From Chiloscyllium plagiosum (lineage: Eukaryota), in NCBI RefSeq assembly GCF_004010195.1, contig NC_057715.1, positions 98,660,623 through 98,724,622 on the forward strand: 64,000 nucleotides of DNA. Direction: 5' to 3'. This document shows positions 12,700 to 23,869 of the stretch, in pieces. How positions within the stretch are numbered: the first letter of the stretch is position 1; each line of letters starts with the position of its first letter. Both the position numbers and the translations under genes were made by a program. Under the pieces are notes generated by a model. The model was not told the origin of the DNA, did not search any database, and worked only from the letters and a program-made list of their open reading frames with translations.

Positions 12700-14548
12700 A
12701 TCTGCTGCACAAAATAGCACAAAATCTAAATCAGAACATTTTCATATTACACTTCCAATCATCACTTTCCTGCACTATTCAGTTTCCAAACATGTACATC
12801 AATTGCTAACCAATCTTCTGTGGCTTGGCAATAGCATGCTTGCCTGAATTATTCCTATTTGTAAGAAATCTGCCATCAAACTGGTGAAGTGACTGTAATA
12901 CCTTGACTGATACTGTATGTTTGCTGAATTTTGCTTTCATCACTTTTAACTTAAGCCAATAAATATCAAATCTGGATTGTGTCTATATAGAAATGTACAT
13001 TCAATTCGTAACTATGTTAAAGTACCAGTATTAACACTGCATACATTATATTTGCAATATTTTAAAAAGCAATTTATTTTTCAACGCAGCCAGATGATGC
13101 AAAGCTGCAGCAGCAATGTATTCACTGAACCAACTGAATAGGTTAGTGAGGTCATTTCCACAAATCTGCAGTCAGAAATGTTGTTTAGGGGAGTAGGTCA
13201 GAGGACATCACAAAGCATCCTTTAACTGCTGATGGTACTCTTTCACTAATTCCTTTTAACATTTTGAAAGTTAGTTATCAAAAACAGGAGCACCCTATCA
13301 TAAAACCTTTGTTATAAATTATTACTTGCAACCATTGCAAAGTTATTTTAAAAATTCCAAAATCTATTACCAGAATTTTTCCCAGCAAACTTGTTTAAGC
13401 TCAAAACAGAGCTTGAGCAAATGAAGCGAGCTACCCACTATGGCAAGTAGCGATAAAAGGCTTCAGACTATAGTGTCCGAAAGATAGTCACATCTCAAGT
13501 AGACAACCTGAAGCAGAGAAGACAATCCTTAGAAATCATTACAAAACAGTAAAATGGCCCCCATGTCCACATTTGCCTGCATATAACCAAAGCAATTCTT
13601 CAAAAGCATGTAACAACATGAAATTTCTGAGGCATGCTGACATGACAAGTGCAAGCGTTAGTACATAACCAGCGGAGTCCCTGAAATGATCGACATTTTT
13701 CTGTTGAATGACAAACATATCATATTGAAAACATTTTTTAAATCTCAGAAGTTTTGAAATTGATAGAATCTCATTTTGCTTTTTTTCCCTTCAAGTCTTC
13801 AATTCAGGTTAATTCCTCAACAAATGACCCTGTTCCATGCATACAGTAGACAATAACAAAGGTAGCGATGAATATCACAAAGATCACAAATATGATCTCA
13901 GACCCAGCTTCCAACAGGTGCTACTATTCAGCAACTGAAATGAACATCTTGCTCATTAGTTCTGCACTTCATCATAACAACAGAAATAAATAAAATTGAA
14001 TGTGAACATCATATAATCAATGATATTAATGCAGAAGGATGGAATTTGGCCAATTGTTCCTGATACAGCTTTCCAAATGAGAAATTCATTTATCAACATC
14101 CTCCCACCTTCTCCCTGTCAGCTGACACATCCACTGTAGGTGAATTTTCTACATATCATACACAGACAGAAAGATAAATGAAGAAATGCTAGAAATGGCT
14201 GAAGAAAAATGGAATCTAATAACAAAATGACAATACTATAGTCATATCATTACAGCATTAAGTAGAAAGATCCAAAGAAGGGTCACTGGTCACAAAACAT
14301 AACTCTAATTTTTCTCCACTGATGCTGCCATATCTGTTGAGCTTTTCCAGTCATTTCTGTTTATGTTTCTGATTCAAGCAACTGCAGTTCATTGAGTTCT
14401 TTTTTATTTTAGACAGAGACAGTTTTTGGAAGGTGAAGATCGACAGAACACATTAGAGGGAGGAATTGAGAAGAAAATGGATGGCACATACAATTCCACC
14501 TTTTACCTCTTATGAAATGTGTAAAGAGCAGACACAGAGCAGAATTTA

Positions 14549-14709
14549 GGAGAAAGTGAGGACTGCAGATGTTGGAGATCAGAGCTGAAAATGTGTTGCT
14601 GGAAAAGCGCAGCAGGTCAGGCAGCATCCAAGGAGAAGGAGAATCGACGTTTCGGGCATGAGCCCTTCTTCAGGAATGACAACTCAGACAACTCTTCCCT
14701 GACAACTCT
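14549..14709. mobile_element. Penelope-like terminal fragment with a hammerhead-like core on the - strand; 12-bp TSD GAGCAGAATTTA
   Basis: Direct repeats at 14537-14548 and 14710-14721; reverse complement of 14646-14673 is CTGAAGAAGGGCTCATGCCCGAAACGTC. Confidence 0.7.
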
Positions 14710-15174
14710 GAGCAGAATTTAACTCTCTGAAATCACGATGTGAATGAATGAACACAGAAAAGATGAATCCAAAACCATTTGTGAATTATGCAGCAGAATA
14801 ATGTTCAACAATGGGATAAGACAGCCAGACTCCCAAATTAAAACTAAAACAAAGAACTGCGGGTGCTAGAAATCTTAAACAAAATCAGAAGGCTCAATGG
14901 ACATTAAATGCACATTAACGTTGCTAACTTTGCTTTCTCTCGACTGAGGAGAGATGGTGAGAACAGCAGATGCTGGACAGTCAGAGTGGATAAAGAGTTG
15001 AGCTGGAAAAAGGACAGTAGATCAAGCAGCATCAAAGGAGAAGGGGAGTCGACGCTTCTCTCCACAGATGCTGCTCGACCTGCTCAGTTTCTCCAGCGAT
15101 TCCTGTTTCAGGATTTATTGCCTGTAAGGTGCAGCTCCTAACTGCACACCCTGGAGGAGATCCTTCTGACCAAA

Positions 15175-15302
15175 TGATCTCCCCGGGACGGATCCTATTG
15201 ACCAGGGGAGGCCCAGTGATCTCCCCGGGACGGATCCTAGGGGAGGCCCAGTGATCTCCCCGGGACGGATCCTATTGACCAGGGGAGGCCCAGTGATCTC
15301 CC
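15175..15302. repeat. GC-rich minisatellite, about 42-bp unit, about 3 copies
   Basis: TGATCTCCCCGGGACGGATCCTATTGACCAGGGGAGGCCCAG repeated; the middle copy has a 7-bp deletion. Confidence 0.95.
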
Positions 15303-15380
15303 TCGACCTCCCTGACAACACAGTCCGGAAACAGCGTCCGTCCGCCATTGCCCCAGTGTTCCCTAGCTTTGTGATCTTAC

Positions 15381-15520
15381 CTCAGGACACGACTAACCCA
15401 GACCCCAAGGGTGGTGGAGTTAGGGGAGGTAAGGGGGGGGGGGGGATGTATAAGGTGCTACCCTCCCCCCAAACCTTCAGCCGAATCAGAAAACAAACCC
15501 CGACCGTCGCAGGTAACGGC
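15381..15520 (-). other. UNC50: Probable UNC50 non-coding exon 1 (5' boundary uncertain)
   Basis: Strong donor GAG|GTAAGA at 15381/15380, adjacent to the CpG island; the first coding exon starts with an acceptor, so an upstream exon is required. Confidence 0.65.
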
Positions 15521-15960
15521 GCCGACGTCGCACTGTCGCGGGGCTGCCTGGGTGTTGTGGTCCTTCGCCAGGCGCATGCGCCACTACGTGGAGCCAGCAG
15601 GACAGCGACCGCCTTGGCGCGGTGCCGCATGGGAGCTGTAGTCTTTCGCGCGCGGGCAAGGGGGACAGATGCGTTAAGAAGGAACTACAAGCCCCAAAGT
15701 TCCATGCGGCATTGACTTGGCGAGTTTCCCGCTCCACCCTCCCCTCACCCCAGCGGGCGGGAAGGTGAAAGGTCGTGGTTAGTTCACGTCGATAAGATGT
15801 TGTTGTCAATGTAGTGAGGATGGGGGTGTTCTGGTGATCCTGTTCTAGAGTGATCGGAGGCCTGGCCGCGACATTTGTCGAGGATTAGGGAGTCTGTGGG
15901 CAGGCGAACGAGCCAGCGAGGGAGGCTCGTCCTCGTGTTGACTTCCCGGCGGCCCAGTGA
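15500..15960. promoter_or_regulatory. CpG-island bidirectional promoter shared by UNC50 and COA5
   Basis: CpG-rich against an AT-rich background; NRF1-type palindrome GCGCATGCGC at 15572-15581; ZNF143/THAP11-type ACTACAnnTCCCA motifs at 15630-15642 (-) and 15684-15696 (+, one mismatch). Confidence 0.85.
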
Positions 15961-16061
15961 TGCCAAAGTATTATGAGGAGAAGGAGGAGGACGGCAGAGC
16001 GTGTGCCGGGGTCAGGGAGGACCTGAGGAGCTGCTTACTGGAACATGACTGCGTGCTGAAG
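15960..16061 (+). CDS. COA5: COA5 (cytochrome c oxidase assembly factor 5 / PET191) coding exon 1: MPKYYEEKEEDGRACAGVREDLRSCLLEHDCVLK
   Basis: Matches the COA5 N-terminus and Cx9C spacing; phase-0 donor AAG|GTGCTG. Confidence 0.95.
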
Positions 16062-16270
16062 GTGCTGAACGACACCCAAACCTTCAACACCTGTGTTTTT
16101 CCTGCTCCTCGGATGCCGATGGTTTCTCTATCGTTCTAAGGATGGCACCCTTTCTTAATAGCAGACAATTTATCGTAACACTTATATGGCACTAAGTGTA
16201 AGACTGCACAACTGAAGTTGATAATATGTTAGAATAATTTCTTAATTTATGATGTGATAAGAATCACATT

Positions 16271-16592
16271 GGGTGGCTGGGTGGCACAGCAGTTAGCACT
16301 GCTGCCTCACAGCAGCAGAGACCCGGGTTCAATTCCCACCTCAGGCGACTGACTGTCTGTGTGGAGTTTGCACATTCTCCCCGTGTCTGCATGGGTTTCC
16401 TCTGGGTGCTCTGGTTTCCTCCCACAATCCAAAAATGTGCAGGTTAGGTGAATTGGCTATGCTAAATTGCCTGTAGTGTTACATGAAGGGGTAAATGTAG
16501 GAGAATGGGGTCTTGGTGGGTTGCGCTTCAGTGGGTCAGTGTGGACTTGTTGGGCCGAAGGGCCTGTTTCCACACAGCAACTAATCTAATCT
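16271..16592 (+). mobile_element. HE1-like V-SINE, near full length, in a COA5 intron
   Basis: GTGGCACAGCAGTTAGCACTGCTGCCTCACAGC...GGGTTCAATTCCC head, V-domain and ctaatctaatc tail. Confidence 0.92.
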
Positions 16593-17051
16593 TATCAGCT
16601 GATTAAATTTGTCTGAACGCATGTGAAAAGGTATGTGGTATTTTTGGTTTTGTAATTGAAGTCAGGAATACAAAAAAATAGAAGCAGTGCAAAAGCAAAC
16701 TACTAGATGTGCTGACAATATTCAGTAAGTAACTGTGCTGAACTATTTCTATGACATTATTCAGTTCTGGACATCACATATATTTTCTGACGACTTTACA
16801 CCAGGGACCTGGAGCTTTGTTACATAACCCCTTTCTGTGCCCTATCTATTGTATGATTCAATGGAGCAAAGCAAGACTTCCTGAGTGCAAACTGTTAGCA
16901 ATTATGTTAGTACACCTTTGGAAGCAATACCTAGCTAAATTACTCCCAAAATGCCAATAGTCAGTGGACTAGCTCTCTTCATGTCTTATTTAGCAAACAG
17001 ACAAGTCTAATCCAATACACCTAAATTTTAATTCCTTTGTATTTCAAGTAG

Positions 17052-17135
17052 GAAGGAAAGACACCAAAACAGTGCCTAAAAGAAGGACATTGCACGGCAT
17101 TACAACGTACTTTCTTTGAATGTAAAAGATCAATG
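17052..17135 (+). CDS. COA5: COA5 coding exon 2: EGKTPKQCLKEGHCTALQRTFFECKRSM
   Basis: tag acceptor at 17049-17051, gtatgt donor at 17136; second Cx9C motif and FFECKRS. Confidence 0.96.
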
Positions 17136-18301
17136 GTATGTATCAATCTTAAATAGCCATTTTTAGTGTTTTTTAAATCCATGACTGTGTGATTATACCT
17201 TCTTACAAGTTTTGATTTGAGAGTTTAGTGATAGCCAATCTTCCAACTCTCTTGGATCTCATCTAGCATGTTTATGCTTTTGATTTGGTGACTGTTGCCC
17301 ACAATATTATGTTGGTAATTCTGACATTGTAGCCTTAGTCAGATGTTGAGGAATGACTTCAAAATAAACTCAGTGTTGGCCATTATTACCCCTCTGAAAC
17401 TAGTTGTATCTTCAGGATTTAGCATGTGGCAGGTAGATTGCGGAAGTGCTGAAGGTGATGGTCTGTTATTGTCAGCTTCACTATAGGCTGAATTGCCAGT
17501 CTCCCCTAACTACATAATGTGGTCACTCAGTTGTGAAGATTTCCCTTTGCTCTAGCAAAGTTATTAGAAACCTATAACAAGTGTAGCCAAGTTTTTAAGT
17601 GCATGAGTAGTAATTATTATTGGTCAATTGACCTGGGCTTAAAAAATAATTCTGTCTATGGATCATTACTAATAACTAGATATTTTTAACTTCAAGATAT
17701 TTTAGCTTCTTTCTCTACATGTTATTTGTTTCTCAATCTTTATTTATCCCTTTAATTGATTTTCATGCTACACTTGGTCACATGTTTTTCAGATTTTTAA
17801 TGTGATTGGATTGTTTTTACAGCCTGATCACGTTACTGTAGCACCATAATCATGATCCCCATTACAGAATGCTACAATCTGCTGTATGGCAGGAAAGTCA
17901 AAGTGCTTGTCTCAGACATTGTTGCTTTTCTTAACATCACTTTATTTTGAGGCACTTGCTTTGCCGCTCACTGCGAATTCCAGATTTATGACTTGGCATG
18001 GTTTTGAAAAGTGTGAGACAGAATGGGATTGATAAGGAAATGATAACTCATGATAGAGCAGAAATGTTCAATAAGAGTGTTGATCTTCAGGATACTGTCT
18101 CAAAATATAAAAGGCTTATTCTATTGGTACCTTTTTTAATTATAGTGCAAAAACAAGTTGGGAATTTGGAAGAAACTAATGGAGTATAATGTTTCATCAT
18201 ACATGAAAGATATGGCTGTACTAATACCTAATTTGTCCCAATAGCTGCATCAGCATTATAACATTGCACTTTATTAATGTCCAATTAATTTTGTTTTAAA
18301 G

Positions 18302-18343
18302 CTGGATAACAGAACTCGTTTCAGAGGAAGAAAAGGATATTAG
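18302..18343 (+). CDS. COA5: COA5 coding exon 3: LDNRTRFRGRKGY*
   Basis: ttttgttttaaag acceptor; conserved RFRGRKGY C-terminus; TAG stop. Confidence 0.96.
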   Translation: MDNRTRFRGRKGY

Positions 18344-18417
18344 CGATTCAAATGCAATAGAGGAATACTTCAAAATTTAAGTGCATTGATGGCTTCAAAT
18401 CAACATTTTGAATAATG

Positions 18418-18423
18418 AATAAA
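18418..18423 (+). promoter_or_regulatory. Candidate COA5 polyadenylation signal
   Basis: AATAAA about 75 nt after the stop codon, followed by a GT/T-rich tract near 18455-18475. Confidence 0.6.
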
Positions 18424-19183
18424 ATAGTTCTTATTTGATTTAGAAAATCACTTCTTATTGTTTGTTCTTTTTGTATGAGAAATTAGTAAGGGGATTATAT
18501 TTAAGTACAACTTAATTTTATGCAGTACAACTGTTTGGATTATTTGGCTTCTGGAATGGCTTTAAGATTAAGAGGGAGAAAAATGATCCAGGTGTTTTTG
18601 CCATAAATTTCAGCAGTTGTTAATTTCCTACATTAAACATAAAGCTGCTTATATTACAGGGAGAGGTATAATCACTGAAGAGCTTTAAGAAATTGGAATA
18701 AGACAATTTGGGGGTACTTTCCTGTATTGTGTGTAGGATAAAGTTAATGGAATAAAGCAAAAAACTTATGAAGAAGGGCCATTGGACTCAACGTTAACTC
18801 CCCTGCTTTTCCCCCCTACAAAACTAATGGATTTTGCTGATATTCTAAAGCCAGAAAAGAATTCTAGGTAGATTGGAGAATGAGTATGTATCTCAACATT
18901 GCAAATACTATGTATCATTTTTCAATAAAACTAACTACAATCAAGCAGTAATTTGAGAAGTGTAATCAAGTCTTAATTTACTTTTTTGTACATGGATGTG
19001 AACTGTAGTGTAACATTTTTGTTGAAAGATAAGCACTGTTGAATGCTCTGATGCATACTTTCAATATACAGAAAGAAACCTCAAATATTTAGATTTGATC
19101 ATGTCTTTTAAACATCTTGATGAGTATCATAGTTAAGTACTTTAGAATGTGTCACTTGTTATATGTGAAAATAAATCAGTAAG

Positions 19184-19358
19184 GAGGCTGGTACAGTTGC
19201 AACATTTAAGAGACATTTGGATGGGTATATGAATAGGAAGGGTTGGAGGGATATGGGCGGGGTGCTGGCAGGTGGGACTAGATTGGGTTGGGATATCTGG
19301 TCATCTCTATGATTGGACCGAAGGGTCTGTTTCTGTGCTGTACATCTCTATGACTCTA
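19184..19358 (+). mobile_element. CR1 3' end fragment
   Basis: Near-identical to 454-632. Confidence 0.85.
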
Positions 19359-19969
19359 AGTGGCACACGGAAGGCTCATCAAAAAACATGTGAACTAAAT
19401 GGCTAGTTCGCTTTTTAATTTGACTGCCCTATGGGGTTGATTGACCACTTTTTAAAATAATGATATAGGATCATTTATGATTATTTGAACAGACAAGATC
19501 TTTGTGAATACATTACTAGAAGCTTAACAATGTAGTAAATGGAGCTTAAACATACACCTTACATCCAGCAATATCCAGTCGACATCACGAACTCGCCACA
19601 GATATATCTATAGCAATAATGTTATTCCAGGGTGATGAGTGCCTGGAACATGCTGCCAGAGGATGTGATGAAGGCAGACACAATATCAGCATTCTAGATT
19701 AGAGTGGTGCTGGAAAAGCACTGCAGTTCAGGCAGCATCCGAAGAGCAGGAAAATCAACATTTAGGGCAAAAGAAGCACCTGGACGAATACATGAATAGG
19801 AAGGGGATGGAGGGATACGGATCCTGTAAGTGAAGACAGTTTTACTATGGAAGGGCAAAATGTGTCAATGCAGGCTTGGAGGGCTGAAGGGAAGTTCCTG
19901 GGCTGTATTATTTTGTTCTTTATAGCTAAGTGCCCTAATTTTAATAGAAATGCCTTGCAAACAATAGGT

Positions 19970-20204
19970 CATGGAAACAGGCCCTTTGGCCCAAGAAGTC
20001 CACACCGACCCATTCCCCTACATTTACCCCTTCACCTAACACTACAGGCAATTTAGCATAGCCAATTCACCTAACCTGCACGTCTTTGGACTGTGGGAGG
20101 AAACCCACGCAGACACAGGGAGAATGTGCAAACTTCACACAGTCAGTTGCCTGAGGCGGGAATTGAACCCAGGTCTCTGGCGCTGTGAGGCAGCAGTGCC
20201 GCCC
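19970..20204 (-). mobile_element. HE1-like V-SINE with internal deletions
   Basis: Shares core and tail with the other copies. Confidence 0.85.
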
Positions 20205-20269
20205 ACATATCTTCATATGCTTATTTAAAAGTTTGCCAAAATTCAATCTGATCCATTACAGCCTTTCCT

Positions 20270-22150
20270 GTTCAGCCAAATTTGGGATTGTGGAATGGAC
20301 TTCTATATCCTTCAATCCATTAAACTTGCTGTGGCATGTGACCATACTCAATCATCCACATCAATGCGTCCTTCGCCCCGCCCCCCCCACATTATTCCCA
20401 TGTTCTTTAATATAAATGGTATTTAGAAGTCTGTCAATTTCTATTTTAAACAAACTCAAATAACTGAGGCCTGCAGCCTTTTGGGTAAGAGAATTTCAAC
20501 AATTCACAAACCTTCGAGTTAAAAGTTCTCTTCACCTCCGTCTTGAGTGGCCAAATCCTTTTCTGATATTGTGTTCCCCCGTCTATTCCTTTAGGTATTT
20601 TGTAGGTTTCAATTAAATCGCCCCTCATTCTTTAAAACTTTAGAGAACTCAGGCCAGGTTTTGCCAATATCTTTTCATAAGCCCTGCCATCCTGTGAACA
20701 TGTCTGGTGAATTTTCATTGCATTCCTTCAATAGCAATAATAGCCTTCCTTAGCTAAGGGGACCAAATCTGCTCGTTAATCCAGGTGCTGTCTGTCTGGT
20801 ATTTTATACAACTGAAGTAATACTTTACCATTCCTGTACTCTCATTGTTTTGTGATGAATACTTAACATAATATTAGCTACCTGTATTGCTTGCTGCATT
20901 TGTATGTTAGGCTTCTTTGATTTATTAATAAGGATGCTTAGGTCACTGAACATTTACCCTGTTCTCTTACTATTTAAGACTTTGTACATCTGATCTTCCT
21001 ACCAAAAGCACAACATTTTTCTACATTACATTCCTCTGCCATGTTCTTGCTCACTCACTCAGTCCAAATTCTTTTGAAACTCCCATTCCCACCTAGCTTT
21101 GTGTCATCTGCAAACTTGGAAAATATTACATTGGTTCCTATCTCCAATTCATTGATGTGTTCTGAACATTTGAGCCCCCATGTCTGGATCCTTGTGGTAC
21201 CTTGCTAGTTGCAGCCTATCAATGTGAGAATGACCTGTTTATTCTTACTGTTCTCTGCCTTTTCTCCCTAACCCATGCCAGTATAATACCTCAACACCCA
21301 TGCTTTAATTTTGCTAAACAATCTTCTGTGGGGCCCTTTATCAAATTCTACAAGTTAAAGTATACTTTTTCCACTAACTACTCTTCATTAAACGCTGTGA
21401 ATTCTGTTGATATCCTCAAAGGTGCCCATTTTGTCCAACATGATTTCCCCTTCACTCATCCATGCTGACTATATAAATTACATCATTAATACAAATGTCA
21501 CTTATCATGTCCTTCATAATATATTCTAGCATTTTTCCTACTATTACTGTAAATCTGACAAGTCTGTAATTCCACATTTTCTCTCTCCCTTCTAAAAACT
21601 TTAAGTTACTTTGATATCTTTCAATTTGCAGGTAGCTCTCACAATCTATAGCATTTTGGAAGATGATCACCAATACACTCACTATTTCCACAGCTACCTC
21701 TTTCAATATGTTGTGTTGTGGAATATTAGACCACTTACCAACTTCAATACCATTCATCAACTCAACCTTCCCAGACATACTAAATTCCTTATATTTTGCA
21801 TTTTCCCAGGTTCTTTAAATCTCTAATTCTGGGAGATATATTGTATCTTCCTCAGTGAAGATACTAAGTAATGATTTGGTTTCTCTGCCATATCTGTATT
21901 CTCCATTATAAATTCTTCTAACCCTGTTTGTTTGTCTGTCTTAGCCAGATGTTTCTTTTTCATGCATCAATAGAAACTTGTATACTTCATTCAAATGTCT
22001 TTTGCAGGTTTACATTTATACTCTGTTCCCTTTATTAGTTTCTTGGTCCTCCTTTGTTATATTCTAAAGTCCTTCAACTACTTCGGTTTGTTGCTATTTC
22101 TAGCACTTTATAGGCCTCCTTTTAATCTTATGCAGGTTTTAACTTTTTAT
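20270..22150 (-). mobile_element. Old, decayed CR1 ORF2
   Basis: Fragments MRGDLIETYKI and ILKEVAVEIV...NYRLVRFTVIVGKMLE. Confidence 0.8.
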
Positions 22151-22765
22151 TTGTCCTGAATTTATGAACCACTGCATTGCAGTGTTATACATCAGAACCA
22201 CCTCATGCTCTGCATGCAAAACAACTGGATGCTGCTTCCCATCTGAAATAGAACTGTTCATTATGCCTGTTTTTTTTCATGTCCAGCTAATTGGAATGGC
22301 CATTCCTTTCTCAATAAAATGATGCTGAAGCCTCATTTGTGTTAGCACATTAAAATCATATGCCTAATAACTTTTTTATTTGCCATGACTGAATTGCCAA
22401 TTAGCCACATGTGACACTGGCTAATGTCTATCGGCACCATAATTACAAAAGTTCCATAAATCCTTTGGTTGTGTTGAGGCTTTGATAGCATCCAGGAAAT
22501 GATACACTGAAATACATTAAACAAAATAAGAATGCTTATGTAAGAAGCATGTGACATGGCGGCCTTACAAGAGTAAGTCTGCATCTGCAAGCAGTGAGAC
22601 CTGGATAACAATCCAGCTTGAGTTAATACATGGTAAGTGTCATTCACACCATAATTGCTAGACAATGACCAATAGAATATCACTCCTTAACGGTCAACAG
22701 TATTATCATTACTGAATTCCCTGCCATCAACATTCTGGGGTTGTTATTGACTAGGAATTTAGTTG

Positions 22766-22960
22766 CTTAAAAATGTATTGCTGGAAAAGTGCAGCAGGTC
22801 AGGCTGCATCAAAGGAGAAGGAGAATCGAAGTTTTGGGCATAAGCTCTTCTTCAGGAAACGTCGATTCTCCTTCTCCTTTGATGCTGCCTGACCTGCTGC
22901 GCTTTTCCAGCAACACATTTTTGAGCTCTGATCCCCAGCATCTGCAGTCCTCACTTTCAC
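22766..22960. mobile_element. Fold-back Penelope-like terminal element; 15-bp TSD CTAGGAATTTAGTTG
   Basis: Direct repeats at 22751-22765 and 22961-22975; inverted arms of about 65 bp (aaatgtattgctggaaaag... / ...cttttccagcaacacattt). Confidence 0.75.
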
Positions 22961-23019
22961 CTAGGAATTTAGTTGATCAGCTACAAGAAAAAGTCCAGGT
23001 ATTCTGTGACAAATTAGGG

Positions 23020-23510
23020 GTAGGGCAATAGTGTAATGGTATTGTCACTAAACTAGTAAGCCAGATACCTAGGTAGTGCTTGGAGAACCCAGGTTCCGGC
23101 CCCTCCATGGCAGTTAGTGGAATTTGAAGTCATCGAAATCTGGAATTAAGTGTCTAATGTTACCCATGGAACCACTGTCAATTGTCATTTTTTTTAAAAC
23201 CCATCTTGTTCACTAATGTCCTTTAGGAAAGGATTACTGCCACCCTTACTTGGTCTGACCTTAGTTGGCTTTTACTTACCTTCTGAAATGGCCCACCAAA
23301 TCATTCAGTTGTATCAAATACTAATAAAGATCCAAGAAAGGAATGAAACTGAATGCACCACCTGGCCTTGTCTAAGACACTGGAAATAACAGCAGCAAAC
23401 TCAGCTCTGTCAACCCTGTAAATTCCTCCTGACCAACATCTCGGGACTTGTGCTAAAACTGGGAGAGCAATACTAGTCTAGTGATGATACCACTATGCCA
23501 ACATCTCCCC
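23020..23510 (+). mobile_element. 5' part of an L2-like LINE: tRNA-like head followed by the start of an APE endonuclease
   Basis: tagtgtaatggtattgtcact...caggttcc head, ccatcttgttcactaatgtcctttagg domain, then LTNISGLVLKLGE-like translation. Confidence 0.5.
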
Positions 23511-23869
23511 TATCGCTAATCTTATTTATTTTATGCCAATTTGTTTTTGGCTTAAGTAGCATTTACATCACATTTCCAGTATCCAGGGCTAATCCTGTGT
23601 TGGAGAGGCCTAGAAAATTTCTGTTAGTGCCTCTGCTATTTGAATTAGGTTTATTGTTGAATATACTCACATGGAGTACAGTGAAAAGTTTACAAGTCAC
23701 CAGTTATGGCATCATTTTAGTACAAAGGTACCTAGATATGGAACATTGGTCTGAAGCAGAAAAATAAAACAGTTAAAATGTTTAGCATTACAATCCTTCT
23801 TCATAAAAAGTAGAAAACCAAAAAACACAGTTAACAATCCAACATCACAGTCTGCTCTGTTCTATTTCC

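Noticed and set aside
12406-12720. 104-aa ORF as a stand-alone gene
   Set aside because: It is the first UNC50 coding exon plus read-through into the flanking introns.
15175-15302. Repeat array as a possible CRISPR
   Set aside because: Head-to-tail units with no unique spacers, in a vertebrate context.
15251-15809. Overlapping 76-154 aa ORFs on both strands
   Set aside because: They lie in the GC-rich promoter and minisatellite, where stop codons are rare, and show no recognisable protein motifs.
15957-16139. 60-aa ORF as complete COA5
   Set aside because: Homology ends at the donor at 16061/16062; the rest is intron.
16271-16345. tRNA-like A/B boxes (also near 5100, 9970, 20160 and 34225)
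   Set aside because: These are SINE heads continuous with SINE bodies; there is no complete cloverleaf.
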